A stretch of 64,000 bases of DNA from the NCBI GenBank assembly GCA_047404215.1, contig JBDOIV010000005.1, positions 9,485-73,484 on the forward strand, given 5' to 3'. Position 1 is the stretch's first letter, and each line of letters starts with the position of its first letter. This document shows, piece by piece, positions 49,567 through 60,500 of this stretch. This DNA comes from Rickettsiales bacterium (GTDB taxonomy: Bacteria; Pseudomonadota; Alphaproteobacteria; Rickettsiales; UBA1997). The position numbers and the translations under genes were made by a program. The notes beneath the pieces are model-generated. The model made no database searches. It saw only the letters and a list, made by a program, of their open reading frames with translations, and was not told where the DNA came from.

Positions 49567-49935
49567 ATGCGTAAATTGTTTTTGTTGCGTGGTAAAAAGT
49601 TATTTGTTGCTTGCCTTGTGGTTGCTTTGCCTTGGCTACTGACTGGATGTCTTGTTGATAACGAAAGGGCGACTGAGACGTCATTTAGGCCTGGACATTT
49701 TCAAAATCAACCGATACCAAGATCTGGCTATGGCTATCAGCCTTATCAGCAGCCTAGTCCTTACTATAGAGGGGCTCCTAATTCTAGGATGTATTATAAC
49801 CCATACGAATTCCAGCAGCCTTATGGCTCCAATCCTTATTCTGACTACGATCAGTATTACGTTCCTCCTGTGCAATATTATAATAACGAATATCAAAAAG
49901 GCATAGAGGATACCTTCTCGGGAAGTCCTAGATAA
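49567..49935 (+). CDS. Small Tyr/Pro/Gln-rich lipoprotein, paralog 1 (ATG at 49567 preferred over TTG at 49540)
   Basis: The lipobox is LLTGC. The tail is YYNPYEFQQPYGSNPYSDYDQYYVPPVQY. Confidence 0.55.
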   Translation: MRKLFLLRGKKLFVACLVVALPWLLTGCLVDNERATETSFRPGHFQNQPIPRSGYGYQPYQQPSPYYRGAPNSRMYYNPYEFQQPYGSNPYSDYDQYYVPPVQYYNNEYQKGIEDTFSGSPR

Positions 49936-49954
49936 AAATATTTTCCATCTATTT

Positions 49955-50380
49955 ATGAAAATTCTGTTTTTGTTGACGCTGATGGTTGCGACCTCTTGTT
50001 TTTCTAACATTGGAAGAAATCTTGACAACAGGGATTCTGACCTATATAATAGAATAGGATATAAACCGGGCAGCACTCCTTATGACCAGCGCAATGCTAA
50101 TAAAAAGGCGAAATTGATTAACTCTGGTGCTAAAATAGTGCCGGATTATTATTATCGCAGAGCTGAAAAAAGGCCTCCTGTTCGAAAAGTTAAAAAGCGT
50201 AAATTGGTGAAGACGATTTCTGTAAATTATGAACCATCATCAAGGTTTTACAATAATCCATATTCCTTTAAGCCACCAGCGCAATTCCCATATTTTGATA
50301 GTGATCAATATTATATACCTCCCAGGGGTGCTTCTAATATAGAATACCAACCTAGACCCAATAACAATAAATTATATTAA
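49955..50380 (+). CDS. Small Tyr/Pro-rich lipoprotein, paralog 2
   Basis: The lipobox is VATSC. The tail FYNNPYSFKPPAQFPYFDSDQYYIPP aligns with paralog 1. Confidence 0.55.
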   Translation: MKILFLLTLMVATSCFSNIGRNLDNRDSDLYNRIGYKPGSTPYDQRNANKKAKLINSGAKIVPDYYYRRAEKRPPVRKVKKRKLVKTISVNYEPSSRFYNNPYSFKPPAQFPYFDSDQYYIPPRGASNIEYQPRPNNNKLY

Positions 50381-50382
50381 AA

Positions 50383-50637
50383 ATGACTAAAAAAGTAGTA
50401 ATATATAGCAAAGTAGTTTGTCCATATTGTGTTAAAGCAAAGTTCTTGTTAAAAAGAAAAAATGTGCAATATGATGAAATTATGATTGATACCGAAGAAA
50501 AAATGATAAAAATGTTGGAAAAATCTGGCGGTCGCAAAACAGTGCCACAAATTTTTATTGGAGATAGGCATGTCGGTGGCTGCGATGATTTATATGAGTT
50601 AGAAGAGAGGGGTGAGTTGGATAAAATATTGCAATAA
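50383..50637 (+). CDS. grxC: Glutaredoxin 3
   Basis: It has the CPYC active site, TVPQIFI and GGCDDL, and is 84 aa. Confidence 0.9.
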   Translation: MTKKVVIYSKVVCPYCVKAKFLLKRKNVQYDEIMIDTEEKMIKMLEKSGGRKTVPQIFIGDRHVGGCDDLYELEERGELDKILQ

Positions 50638-50660
50638 TCTGCATTTTTTTACTTACAGAC

Positions 50661-50688
50661 CTTGAAATAAATTTTTTTGACCTTATAT
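50661..50688 (+). promoter_or_regulatory. RpoH (sigma-32)-type heat-shock promoter of groESL
   Basis: CTTG (50661-50664), 17 nt, then CTTATAT (50682-50688) matches the alphaproteobacterial sigma-32 consensus CTTG-N17-CYTATNT. It lies ~60 nt upstream of the groES ATG. Confidence 0.55.
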
Positions 50689-50747
50689 CTATAGTAGAAA
50701 AGAAAAAATCTTTTTTTAAGATAAATATTAATACTAAATTTTTTGTT

Positions 50748-51038
50748 ATGAAGATTAGACCATTACATGATCGAGTTTTGATCGAAAGAATTGAAGCTGA
50801 AGAAAAAACTTCAGGTGGAATTATTATTCCGGATACGGCTAAAGAAAAGCCTTCCGAAGGTAAGATTGTTGCTGTTGGCAATGGCGGAAGGGACGAAAAT
50901 GGTAAACTGGTACCGTTGGAAGTCGAAGTTGGCGATAAAGTGTTGTTTGCAAAATGGGGTGGTACTGAAGCTAAAATCGATGGTCAAGAGTTGATCATTG
51001 CCAAAGAATCTGATATTTTGGCTGTTATAACTTCATAG
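50748..51038 (+). CDS. groES: Co-chaperonin GroES
   Basis: It reads [35 protein letters not shown] and is 96 aa. Confidence 0.97.
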   Translation: MKIRPLHDRVLIERIEAEEKTSGGIIIPDTAKEKPSEGKIVAVGNGGRDENGKLVPLEVEVGDKVLFAKWGGTEAKIDGQELIIAKESDILAVITS

Positions 51039-51241
51039 TTTCGGTTAAAATTTGCAAAAAGTTTCTCAAGGTGTTAGTTACACATCTTCGTCACTTTTTA
51101 TAAATTTTTCCTCAAGACTATTTTGTTATAATAACTTCATAGTTTCGGTGAAGATTCTTAAAAAGTTTCTCGAAGTGTTAGTTACACATCTTCGTCACTT
51201 TTTATAAATTTTTCCTCAAAACTATTTTGTTATAATAACTT
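51023..51241 (+). repeat. Tandem ~101/104-bp duplication (2 copies plus a 14-bp start of a third) covering the groES 3' end and the groES-groEL spacer
   Basis: Copy 1 (51023-51123) and copy 2 (51124-51227) both start TGTTATAA(TAA)CTTCATAGTTTCGGT... and share ...AAAAAGTTTCTC[A/G]AAG[G/-]TGTTAGTTACACATCTTCGTCACTTTTTATAAATTTTTCCTCAA[G/A]ACTATTT. TGTTATAATAACTT recurs at 51228. Confidence 0.9.
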
Positions 51242-51303
51242 TGATTAGAATTTTATAGATTCGATAAATTTTGAAAAATAAATATTAAATTAAAAATAAA
51301 TAA

Positions 51304-52974
<1,671 letters not shown>

Positions 52975-53000
52975 TAAATTTAAGAGATAAGGTTAATACA

Positions 53001-53038
53001 AAAGTCCATCTATAAATTATTATGGGTGGACTTTTTTT
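53001..53038 (+). terminator. Rho-independent terminator after groEL
   Basis: The stem AAAGTCCATC / GGGTGGACTTT is followed by a T7 run (53032-53038). Confidence 0.6.
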
Positions 53039-53050
53039 ATATTAGAATGG

Positions 53051-53599
53051 ATGAGATATTTATTGTTAGCAACTAGTCTATTTGTTGTATTTATAAATAT
53101 CTCAAGCTGTTCATTGCTTGGAGATTATCATGAAAATAATAAAATTGAAACGAGATTGGGATGTTCAATATATCCGGATAGGTGGGGTGACCACCCAACC
53201 TCTGTAAGTGATAATCCTGTTGAGCTACCCTTGGATTATGGATTTGGACCGTCAGAAGTTAGGATTTGAATTGTTAGGAACCTTAAAGGGGACTATTTAT
53301 CAGCTAAAGTTAAGGATTGGGTGTCTAAAGATCTTAAGCGCGGATCAGTTAAAAGAGGCAATGACCACTCAACTATTAACTTTAAATGCGGTAATAATTA
53401 TCCAAAAAGGTGGGGAGAGTCACCAGATAGCTTTACTCAGGATGAAGTTAAATTACCTCTGGATTATGGATATGGGAGTTTGTTAGAGAAATATTGGATA
53501 ATTAAAAATATTGAAAATGACTACAATGCTGTAAAGCACATTAAATCTTTACCGTCATTTTTTTATGATTATTGGCGGATGTTACCAAAAATTAATTAG
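53051..53599 (+). pseudogene. Two-repeat lipoprotein gene interrupted by a single in-frame TGA (53267-53269)
   Basis: ORFs 53051..53269 and 53321..53599 are in the same frame, with no other stop between them. The lipobox is NISSC. The repeat CxxxYPxRWGxxPxS...LPLDYG[FY]G...I[VI][RK]N..DY occurs twice, and the TGA aligns with Trp (TGG) of repeat 2. Confidence 0.6.
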
Positions 53600-53659
53600 T
53601 GCAAATTAAAATTAATTAATTACAATTATGACTGTATATTAATAAACTCTTTTACAAAC

Positions 53660-54187
53660 ATGAATGTTGATAAAATTAGCGTCGGAAAGGGCGCCCCTGA
53701 TAATATAAATGTTATTATTGAAGTGCCAATGAATGCTGATCCGGTTAAATATGAGATGGACAAGGATTCTGGTGCAATTTTAGTTGATAGATTTGTCGCT
53801 ACTCCTATGTATTACCCATGTAATTATGGTTTTGTGCCGCATACTTTATCGGATGATGGCGATCCTTGTGATGTGTTGGTGGTTAGTGATTATCAAATTG
53901 TTCCTGGCGCAGTAATTGCTGCAAAGCCAGTTGGAGTTCTTATCATGGAAGATGAGAAGGGTATGGATGAGAAAATATTAGCAGTTCCTGCTGCTAAATT
54001 AAACTCGGTTTATGAAGATGTTAATTCATACAAAGATTTGCCAGAGGGATTAATAAATAGAATTACTCATTTCTTTGAGCATTACAAAGACTTAGAAAAA
54101 GGAAAGTGGGTTAAGATTAAAGGTTTCGAGGATGCTGATAAAGCTAAGCAGTTAATCGAAGAAGGTATTGCTAGAAATAATAAATAG
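53660..54187 (+). CDS. ppa: Inorganic pyrophosphatase (family I)
   Basis: It has the YPCNYGFVPHTLSDDGDPCDVLV motif and is 175 aa. Confidence 0.95.
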   Translation: MNVDKISVGKGAPDNINVIIEVPMNADPVKYEMDKDSGAILVDRFVATPMYYPCNYGFVPHTLSDDGDPCDVLVVSDYQIVPGAVIAAKPVGVLIMEDEKGMDEKILAVPAAKLNSVYEDVNSYKDLPEGLINRITHFFEHYKDLEKGKWVKIKGFEDADKAKQLIEEGIARNNK

Positions 54188-54195
54188 TAAAAAAT

Positions 54196-54888
54196 ATGTT
54201 AAACGAAAGCTTGTCATCCATGTCAATGGTGAATCTAGTATTAAAAGCGGATATAGTTGTGCAGTCGGTAATGCTAGCTTTGGTGATAGCTTCCGTTATA
54301 TCGTGGACTTTGATTTTTGATAAAATTGTTAAATTTAGGTTGTTGCGCTACAGAACCACTAAGTTTGAAGATCAATTTGAAAGTAAAATGATCGAGGATG
54401 TATATAAAATAGCCTCGACAAAAAATAATCACCCGCTATCAGTAGTGTTTGTTTCTTGCATGGAGGAGTGGAAAGAAAATGACATCAAGAAGATTATTGC
54501 CGGTGGTTTTGAATTGAAAAATTCACTTAAAGAGAGGTTATCTTGCGCTATGCAAATTGGCTCTAACTCTTCCATGATAAAATTTCACAATGGAATGAGT
54601 ATATTGGCAATTATTGGATCCACTGCCCCGTTTGTTGGTCTTTTTGGTACAGTGTGGGGAATTCTAAATAGCTTCCAAGGTATTGCGATCGCTAAAAGTA
54701 CTAGCTTGGCAGTTGTCGCACCAGGAATTGCCGAGGCTTTACTAGCCACCGCTCTGGGTCTTTTTGCAGCCATACCGGCGGTACTTTTCTATAATTTATT
54801 TCTAAATAAGATTAATGGCTTTTCGGATAATATAGATAACTTTTCTATGAAGTTACTTAACGTACTATCTCGAGAGTTGGATAGATAA
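54196..54888 (+). CDS. tolQ: Tol-Pal system protein TolQ (MotA/TolQ/ExbB proton-channel family)
   Basis: It has three TM segments and the motif GSTAPFVGLFGTVWGILNSF...VAPGIAEALLATALGLFAAIPAV. Confidence 0.85.
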   Translation: MLNESLSSMSMVNLVLKADIVVQSVMLALVIASVISWTLIFDKIVKFRLLRYRTTKFEDQFESKMIEDVYKIASTKNNHPLSVVFVSCMEEWKENDIKKIIAGGFELKNSLKERLSCAMQIGSNSSMIKFHNGMSILAIIGSTAPFVGLFGTVWGILNSFQGIAIAKSTSLAVVAPGIAEALLATALGLFAAIPAVLFYNLFLNKINGFSDNIDNFSMKLLNVLSRELDR

Positions 54889-55596
54889 TTATATTAGGAA
54901 AAATATTCCAGAAACTATAGTCATAACACTGACTCCCTTTTTAAATATACCTTCATTGATCCTGCTGTGAACCTTGAAGCCTAGATATATGGTGAACCCA
55001 ATAGGTATTATAGTCCACCAAATGTCAAAGAAGAAAGTTGGATTGATGGTATCGTTGTAAACCAGTTGAGCAAATCTGACTAAATTAAAGGATACGAAAA
55101 ATGATGCTATTGTTACTCTGAGATGCGACCTTGATTGAAAGTCAGGCTTTAAGGCGTTGACAAAAAATGGTCCACCAATGCCAAACATGCCCTGTGAAGA
55201 GCCCCCTATTAGCAACAGTAGGTTTTTTAGATATTTTGGCGGTCTAATATGGTCGTAAAGCATTGTTTTTATAGCTAAGGCGATCAATATTAATCCTAGA
55301 ATAATAGATAAGGTTTCGGATGATAAGGCGGTGAAACCGAATACTCCAAATAGAGTGCCAGCTATGCACACGGGAATTGTTGAAAGATATATCTTGTAAG
55401 AAAACTTTTTATAATCAGACAAGAGGATCATGGCACTAGAGCAGGTACCAATATATAGTCCAGACAAGATCATCGTCTTAACATCCATAAAAAATCCGAG
55501 AATGGCATAAGCAATTATCCCGCCACCAAATCCAATGATACTCTCAATAAAAAATCCAACAGAAAAAGATGTTGCGATTAATAATGCAATGGTCAT
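54889..55596 (-). CDS. TauE/SafE-family (DUF81) membrane transporter
   Basis: It is a polytopic membrane protein with duplicated GGG motifs (GFGGGIIAYAILG; GMFGIGGPFFVNAL). Confidence 0.6.
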   Translation of the reverse strand: MTIALLIATSFSVGFFIESIIGFGGGIIAYAILGFFMDVKTMILSGLYIGTCSSAMILLSDYKKFSYKIYLSTIPVCIAGTLFGVFGFTALSSETLSIILGLILIALAIKTMLYDHIRPPKYLKNLLLLIGGSSQGMFGIGGPFFVNALKPDFQSRSHLRVTIASFFVSFNLVRFAQLVYNDTINPTFFFDIWWTIIPIGFTIYLGFKVHSRINEGIFKKGVSVMTIVSGIFFLI

Positions 55597-55628
55597 AATT
55601 AATATAAAGTGTAATTTATTTTTTATTT

Positions 55629-56873
55629 ATGAGTCGTATTATATTATTAATTTTATTTTTTACAAGCTTAATGACAAGTGCCAACTCTTGGTCGTTTGTA
55701 GTTTTTGAAGATGCAATGCATGAATCTAAAGATCAAGTAGAGCTCAGAGATAAATCTGCTAATGGTGGTTTTGCTAGCAATAATAAGGTTTATATTGATT
55801 TACGTACTGCTGACTATGACTCTAATAGCTTTAGTAACAACTCCACTAAAACAGATGGTACTGTTGATATTGCTTCTAATTTTTACTATAATAAAAATTG
55901 GTTCTCTTATTTTAACTTCCGTATCGAAGAAGAGGGTGTTAGATCTAATGAATTCTCTAGCTTGCAAGTTGAGCCTGACTTCGGTTCCAGTCAATTCTTA
56001 GCTAATCATTATGGTACCATTAGGCAATTAATGGTCGGATATGATAGTGATAGTTTTAAGGTCGCACTTGGTAAATTTCGACCAAAATTTGGATATGCAT
56101 GGACCTTGGGTCGAGGTGGGTATTCTGATTATCTTGCTCACTCATATATGCAAAATAATAGAGTTGGAGTCATGGTCGAGGCAAGGTATGGCAATTCTAG
56201 AGATGGCGGTAGATACACCTTTGGCGGAAGTTTGTATAAATATGATAAAAAGTACCTAGATAATAGCATTTTATCTTCGTACAGAAATGTTGTTGATTCT
56301 GATGCGGTTCCTAGTTCTTCAAATTCCTTAGATTCTTTTGCTCTAAACATGGATATTGATTTTGATTTTGCTAATCAAAAAGAGTTGTTTTATAGATTTG
56401 CATACTCGAAACAAGAAGTTGATCATAGCTCGATGGCTTCAAAATTCGGTGTCAGAAGATTTTCTGATCAAGAAGGTTACAGTGTGGCAATGAATTATAA
56501 ATTTATGTTGAATAATAATGTTAAGTTCGATAACCTGATAGAGTATAAGATTGGTAAGTTTCAAGAAGGAGTTGATATATCGAAAAGTGATGATATCTTA
56601 ACTGTTAATTTGGTTGCTTATATAAATTCGTTTTTAAGCTTGGGAGTTACTCATGCGCACAGAAGGGTTTCTTTTGATGGACTTGAATCTGAAAGTAAGG
56701 TTTCTGAGGTTGTGGCAGGGTATAGTTTTGCAAAAAGCAAGCTTTACGATGGTTTGCAGATGCAGATTGGCTATGCTAATATTGAGAATAAGCCCAGAGG
56801 GCAGCAAAGCGTAGTATCGGAATTGGATTTAGATTCCTTGTTTTTGTTATTAAGATATGTAAAAAATATTTAA
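55629..56873 (+). CDS. Putative outer-membrane beta-barrel protein
   Basis: It has a signal peptide (...MTSANS) and alternating aromatic/polar beta-strand patterns throughout. I recognise no family. Confidence 0.45.
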   Translation: MSRIILLILFFTSLMTSANSWSFVVFEDAMHESKDQVELRDKSANGGFASNNKVYIDLRTADYDSNSFSNNSTKTDGTVDIASNFYYNKNWFSYFNFRIEEEGVRSNEFSSLQVEPDFGSSQFLANHYGTIRQLMVGYDSDSFKVALGKFRPKFGYAWTLGRGGYSDYLAHSYMQNNRVGVMVEARYGNSRDGGRYTFGGSLYKYDKKYLDNSILSSYRNVVDSDAVPSSSNSLDSFALNMDIDFDFANQKELFYRFAYSKQEVDHSSMASKFGVRRFSDQEGYSVAMNYKFMLNNNVKFDNLIEYKIGKFQEGVDISKSDDILTVNLVAYINSFLSLGVTHAHRRVSFDGLESESKVSEVVAGYSFAKSKLYDGLQMQIGYANIENKPRGQQSVVSELDLDSLFLLLRYVKNI

Positions 56874-56874
56874 T

Positions 56875-57516
56875 ATGAGTTTTGATAAGCAAGTTTTGAT
56901 GGCGGTGCCTAAGGGGAGAATCCTGAAGCAGTTAGTAGATGTTTTTGCTAAGGTAAACCTTGTGCCAGAAGGTGAGTTTTTTGATGACAGTTCAAGAAAG
57001 ATGATTTTTGCTACTAATATACCTGATTTAAAGTTAATTAAGGTTAGAAGTTTTGATATAGCAACCTTTGTACGCCTGGGGGCTTGCGATTTAGGTGTTT
57101 GTGGTAGTGATGTTATGAGTGAATTTGAGTCATCAGAGGTTTACGATGTCTTGGATCTGGGTATAGGAAGATGCAAGTTGTGCTTAGCGGTTTCTGAAGA
57201 TTATGAGCCAAATTTGAATGACATAACTCACGCCAGAGTGGTTACAAAATATATCAATTTAACTTCAAAATTCTTTTCTGAGCATGGAATACAAGCTGAG
57301 ATCATCAAGTTAAATGGTGCAATAGAGATTGCAACAAAACTGGGAATGAGTGATTTTATAGTAGATTTGGTTGACACAGGTAGTACGTTAAAAGAGAACA
57401 ATATGAGAATATTTAAATATATTTGCGACGTTAGCTCTCGATTGTTAGTAAATAGAGCTTCTTTAAAAATAAAAAATGTAAAAATTAATAATATTATTGC
57501 AATGTTAAATGCTTAG
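56875..57516 (+). CDS. hisG: ATP phosphoribosyltransferase, short form
   Basis: The motifs AVPKGRILKQ, DLGVCGSDVM, GRCKLCLAV, VTKYINLTSKFF and VDLVDTGSTLKENNM align with short-form HisG along the whole 213 aa. Confidence 0.8.
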   Translation: MSFDKQVLMAVPKGRILKQLVDVFAKVNLVPEGEFFDDSSRKMIFATNIPDLKLIKVRSFDIATFVRLGACDLGVCGSDVMSEFESSEVYDVLDLGIGRCKLCLAVSEDYEPNLNDITHARVVTKYINLTSKFFSEHGIQAEIIKLNGAIEIATKLGMSDFIVDLVDTGSTLKENNMRIFKYICDVSSRLLVNRASLKIKNVKINNIIAMLNA

Positions 57517-60500
57517 GTCATTTTTTAAAAACATATTGCTGATTTTATGTTTTGTAGTTTTTAATGCCTCTAGTGCATACTCCATTGGTTATGAAGGGCC
57601 AAGAGAGGGTTGGGGATACGATCCTTCTGTGCCAAGCAATTGTCATGTTGGGAGTTTTGGAGATTTCGATCCCTTTGGAGTGTCAAGTAGAGAGGTTCAC
57701 TGGGTAATGGATAATCCAACTTGCCTAGGGTTTTCACTCGGTATTGGGGTAACTCTTATGACTCAGGGTATCGCTAGCGGCTCTGCTTGCGCCATTAATC
57801 CTGCGGCCGCGCCTTTTTCTACGACTTCATATAGTGGAAAAATCCCTGCATCAAATATTTTAAATGTTTCTGCGTCGATGAAACTTGCATCTATGACTGG
57901 TGATTGTGGAACGCGATTAGCACAATCTTCGGCCGCCTCTGCTGTGGGAGTTGCAGCCAGTGTGCAAGCGACTGCTGCATCAGCTTCTGCGGCTGCGTGC
58001 TGTGCGGTTACTGCATCGTATGTTGCTACTGTTGCGACTGCTACTGGTATATTGGGGGCGTTGTTTGAGACGGCTGAAGATACCTTTGAGAATGCTAGAA
58101 TATGTGGTTATGATTGGTATGGCTGGAAGGCATTTAATGAGGATGGGAGTGAGAATTGTGCCTCTGGTGATTTGTGTTATTGGAAGCGAGGGTCTTATCC
58201 GGAGTCTTATAGTTACAAACTTGATCAGGTTTTTATATCAGCTAAAACTGTAGAAGGTGTTAATGATGCAAAAAGTATCGATAACCAACATTATCGTGAA
58301 TTTTTGTATGGTGGAGTAGAAAAGGTATATGATGGCTGTCTAAACCCATTTTCTTGGTCTAATCCTAGCGAGATAGATCCAAGTAAAACTATTGCAGAGT
58401 TTAGACTTGGTTACGATACCCCTCATCAAAGATATTACATGAGAGGTCCAAATATAACATCTCATTACGCATGTCATAGATTTGTTTCGTCAGGCACAAG
58501 GCCGCCTTCCGATGAGGAGATGGCAGCCTTTGACTGTTGCGTCAATGCTAGCCAAAGGTCTATGTGCATTATAAATGAAGCTCCTGCCATAAGCGGTGAT
58601 GAAGAGGTGGCATTTTGCTCGGTTGGTAATACGTGCAATATTTCCAAAGTAGGATTTTTAATAACTCAGGCTAAGGGGCAATCTAATGTTATTTGCGCAC
58701 AAACAAGTACGCTCTGCCCCTATGATCATTTGTTAGGTGGTGGAACAGAGAAAATAGATCATTACGATTCGCCCCGAGGGAATGTTCTGTCGTCGCAGAT
58801 CGAGAATTACTGTCAATTTAATAAGCATTGTGTAATAGTGCCAGGAGTTCCTAATATAAGAATTACTGATTTTAAGAGTTCTTTTATATCGGGTGCTTGT
58901 ATGGATTTTGTGGGTCATAGTCAAAATGTATATCCGAATGCTAGAAATGTATTGCCAATGAGGAATTCTCAGAATTTTTCTGCCCCTTTGGCGGAATGCA
59001 TTTCTGAAACTCTAAAAAGTATGATTCAAAATAGAGCGGGCCATACCTTGTGCGCTGATCCTGACCAGTCTCCGATTCATGGTATTTGTGGCGATAATCA
59101 AGATGACGATTATCAATATAAAGAGGGTGAGTTATTGGATACGCCATCTCCATTTTCAATAGTGCAAAATTTTCTTAGGGATGCAATAAAAATAGTTTTG
59201 GCTCTATCGGTAGCGTTCTTTGGTTATAATATTTTGCTAGCATTGAAGCCAGTTGATAAGAAGACGATGCTAACCTATATCATGAAGTTTGCTCTGGTAG
59301 TTTATTTTGCACTAGGAACGGGTTGGCAGGATTTGTTTATTGATAATGTATTTGGAATCTCCTCGGATATTGGGACTTTGGTTATGAAGTTTGAAGATGA
59401 GGATGCTGATCCAAGCTTGATAGATGGTTGTCAATTTCCTAGATTTGATGGTAGTGGTGAAATTAAAAGAGATGCCAATGTCTATAATGGTAATGATAGA
59501 CTAGTGGAAGATGATCCTTATTACAAAAATAAGCGCTACGCGCCTGGTTTTGAGTACCTTAAGTTGTGGGATACGTTGGATTGTAAAATAGTTAGAGCAA
59601 TTGGCTTTGGACCAAGTTTTAATGTTGCTAATCTTGTGTTAACAATTTTGGCTGGGTTGTTTACAGGTGGTCTAGGGATAATTTTTGTAATATTTACTTT
59701 TATCTTTGCTTTTTTCTATATTTCAATGACTATTAGAGCTTTGCATATCTTTTTGATTTCCACTATTGCGATTGCGATTTTAATATTCATCTCTCCAATT
59801 ACCATTGCAACAGTAATGTTTCAAAAAACCAAGAGCGTCTTTGATGGTTGGTTGAGAAATTTATTGGGATTCATGGTGCAGCCCGCCATTTTATTTGCTT
59901 ATATTGCGATACTTGTTGCAGTGATGGATTATTCATTATTCGGAATGAGATATTACGATAATGATGAATCATCGGCCATTACCTTTGTCGGCAATGGTTT
60001 AGAAGCTCCAAAGGCCACAATATGTTCAGATGGCGATGTTTCGGATAATAGTTTATACTGTATATTTGGACTATCTAGATTTTCTTCTTATCATGGATTA
60101 GAGCCAATTGGTATTGTTGTACCGCTAATATTCGATATCAATAAAGAAAAGCTTGATACCATTATTAGGGCTGGAATTATTATGTTTATATTCTCGAAAT
60201 TTATGGATAAGATATCCGACTTAGCTGGTGAGCTCACCGGGTCTAGAGGTATGTCATCTTCAGGGCCTTCGGCCGCTAGTATGGCTAGCAAATCTTACGG
60301 AATAGCTAGGGGTATTCAAAAGCGTGGTACTAGGGTTGCTAAGAGTGTAGGGGGTAAGATGGCTGGCAAAGCCAAGAGAACGGCTAATTTTCTTGCCAAT
60401 TCGGGCAAGTCTGTCTCAAGAGCAAAGCCTGACGGCTCGGCTAAGTCAACAGGAACACAAGGGGCAGCAGCGGATGCTAGACCTCAGGGCGCAGCCACTG

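Noticed and set aside
49652-50076. ORFs 49652..49906 (+) and 49681..50076 (-) overlapping the Tyr/Pro-rich lipoprotein genes.
   Set aside because: They overlap two ORFs that have proper lipoprotein signals and mutually alignable tails. Their own translations lack any signal or paralogue.
50640-50747. A CIRCE (HrcA operator) inverted repeat upstream of groES.
   Set aside because: No TTAGCACTC-N9-GAGTGCTAA-like palindrome is present in the 110-bp upstream region.
51023-51241. CRISPR array. I considered the tandem repeats at 51023..51241, 14515..14793 and 26410..26499.
   Set aside because: None shows short repeats separated by unique spacers. Two are in-frame coding repeats and one is a head-to-tail segmental duplication. 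No cas genes are present.
53267-53269. Genome-wide reassignment of UGA to Trp (genetic code 4), prompted by the TGA/Trp alignment and the rarity of TGA stops.
   Set aside because: All conserved genes in the window are full length under the standard code, with Trp encoded by TGG and no internal TGA. A true code-4 genome would show many genes split at TGA in the supplied ORF track. A local nonsense mutation is more likely.
57951-58253. ORF 57951..58253 (and 58733..58924, 58941..59159, 60091..60291) within the VirB6-like gene.
   Set aside because: They are alternative-frame or antisense ORFs over an Ala-codon-rich stretch. They have no motifs, and the long sense ORF with a signal peptide and TM core explains the region.
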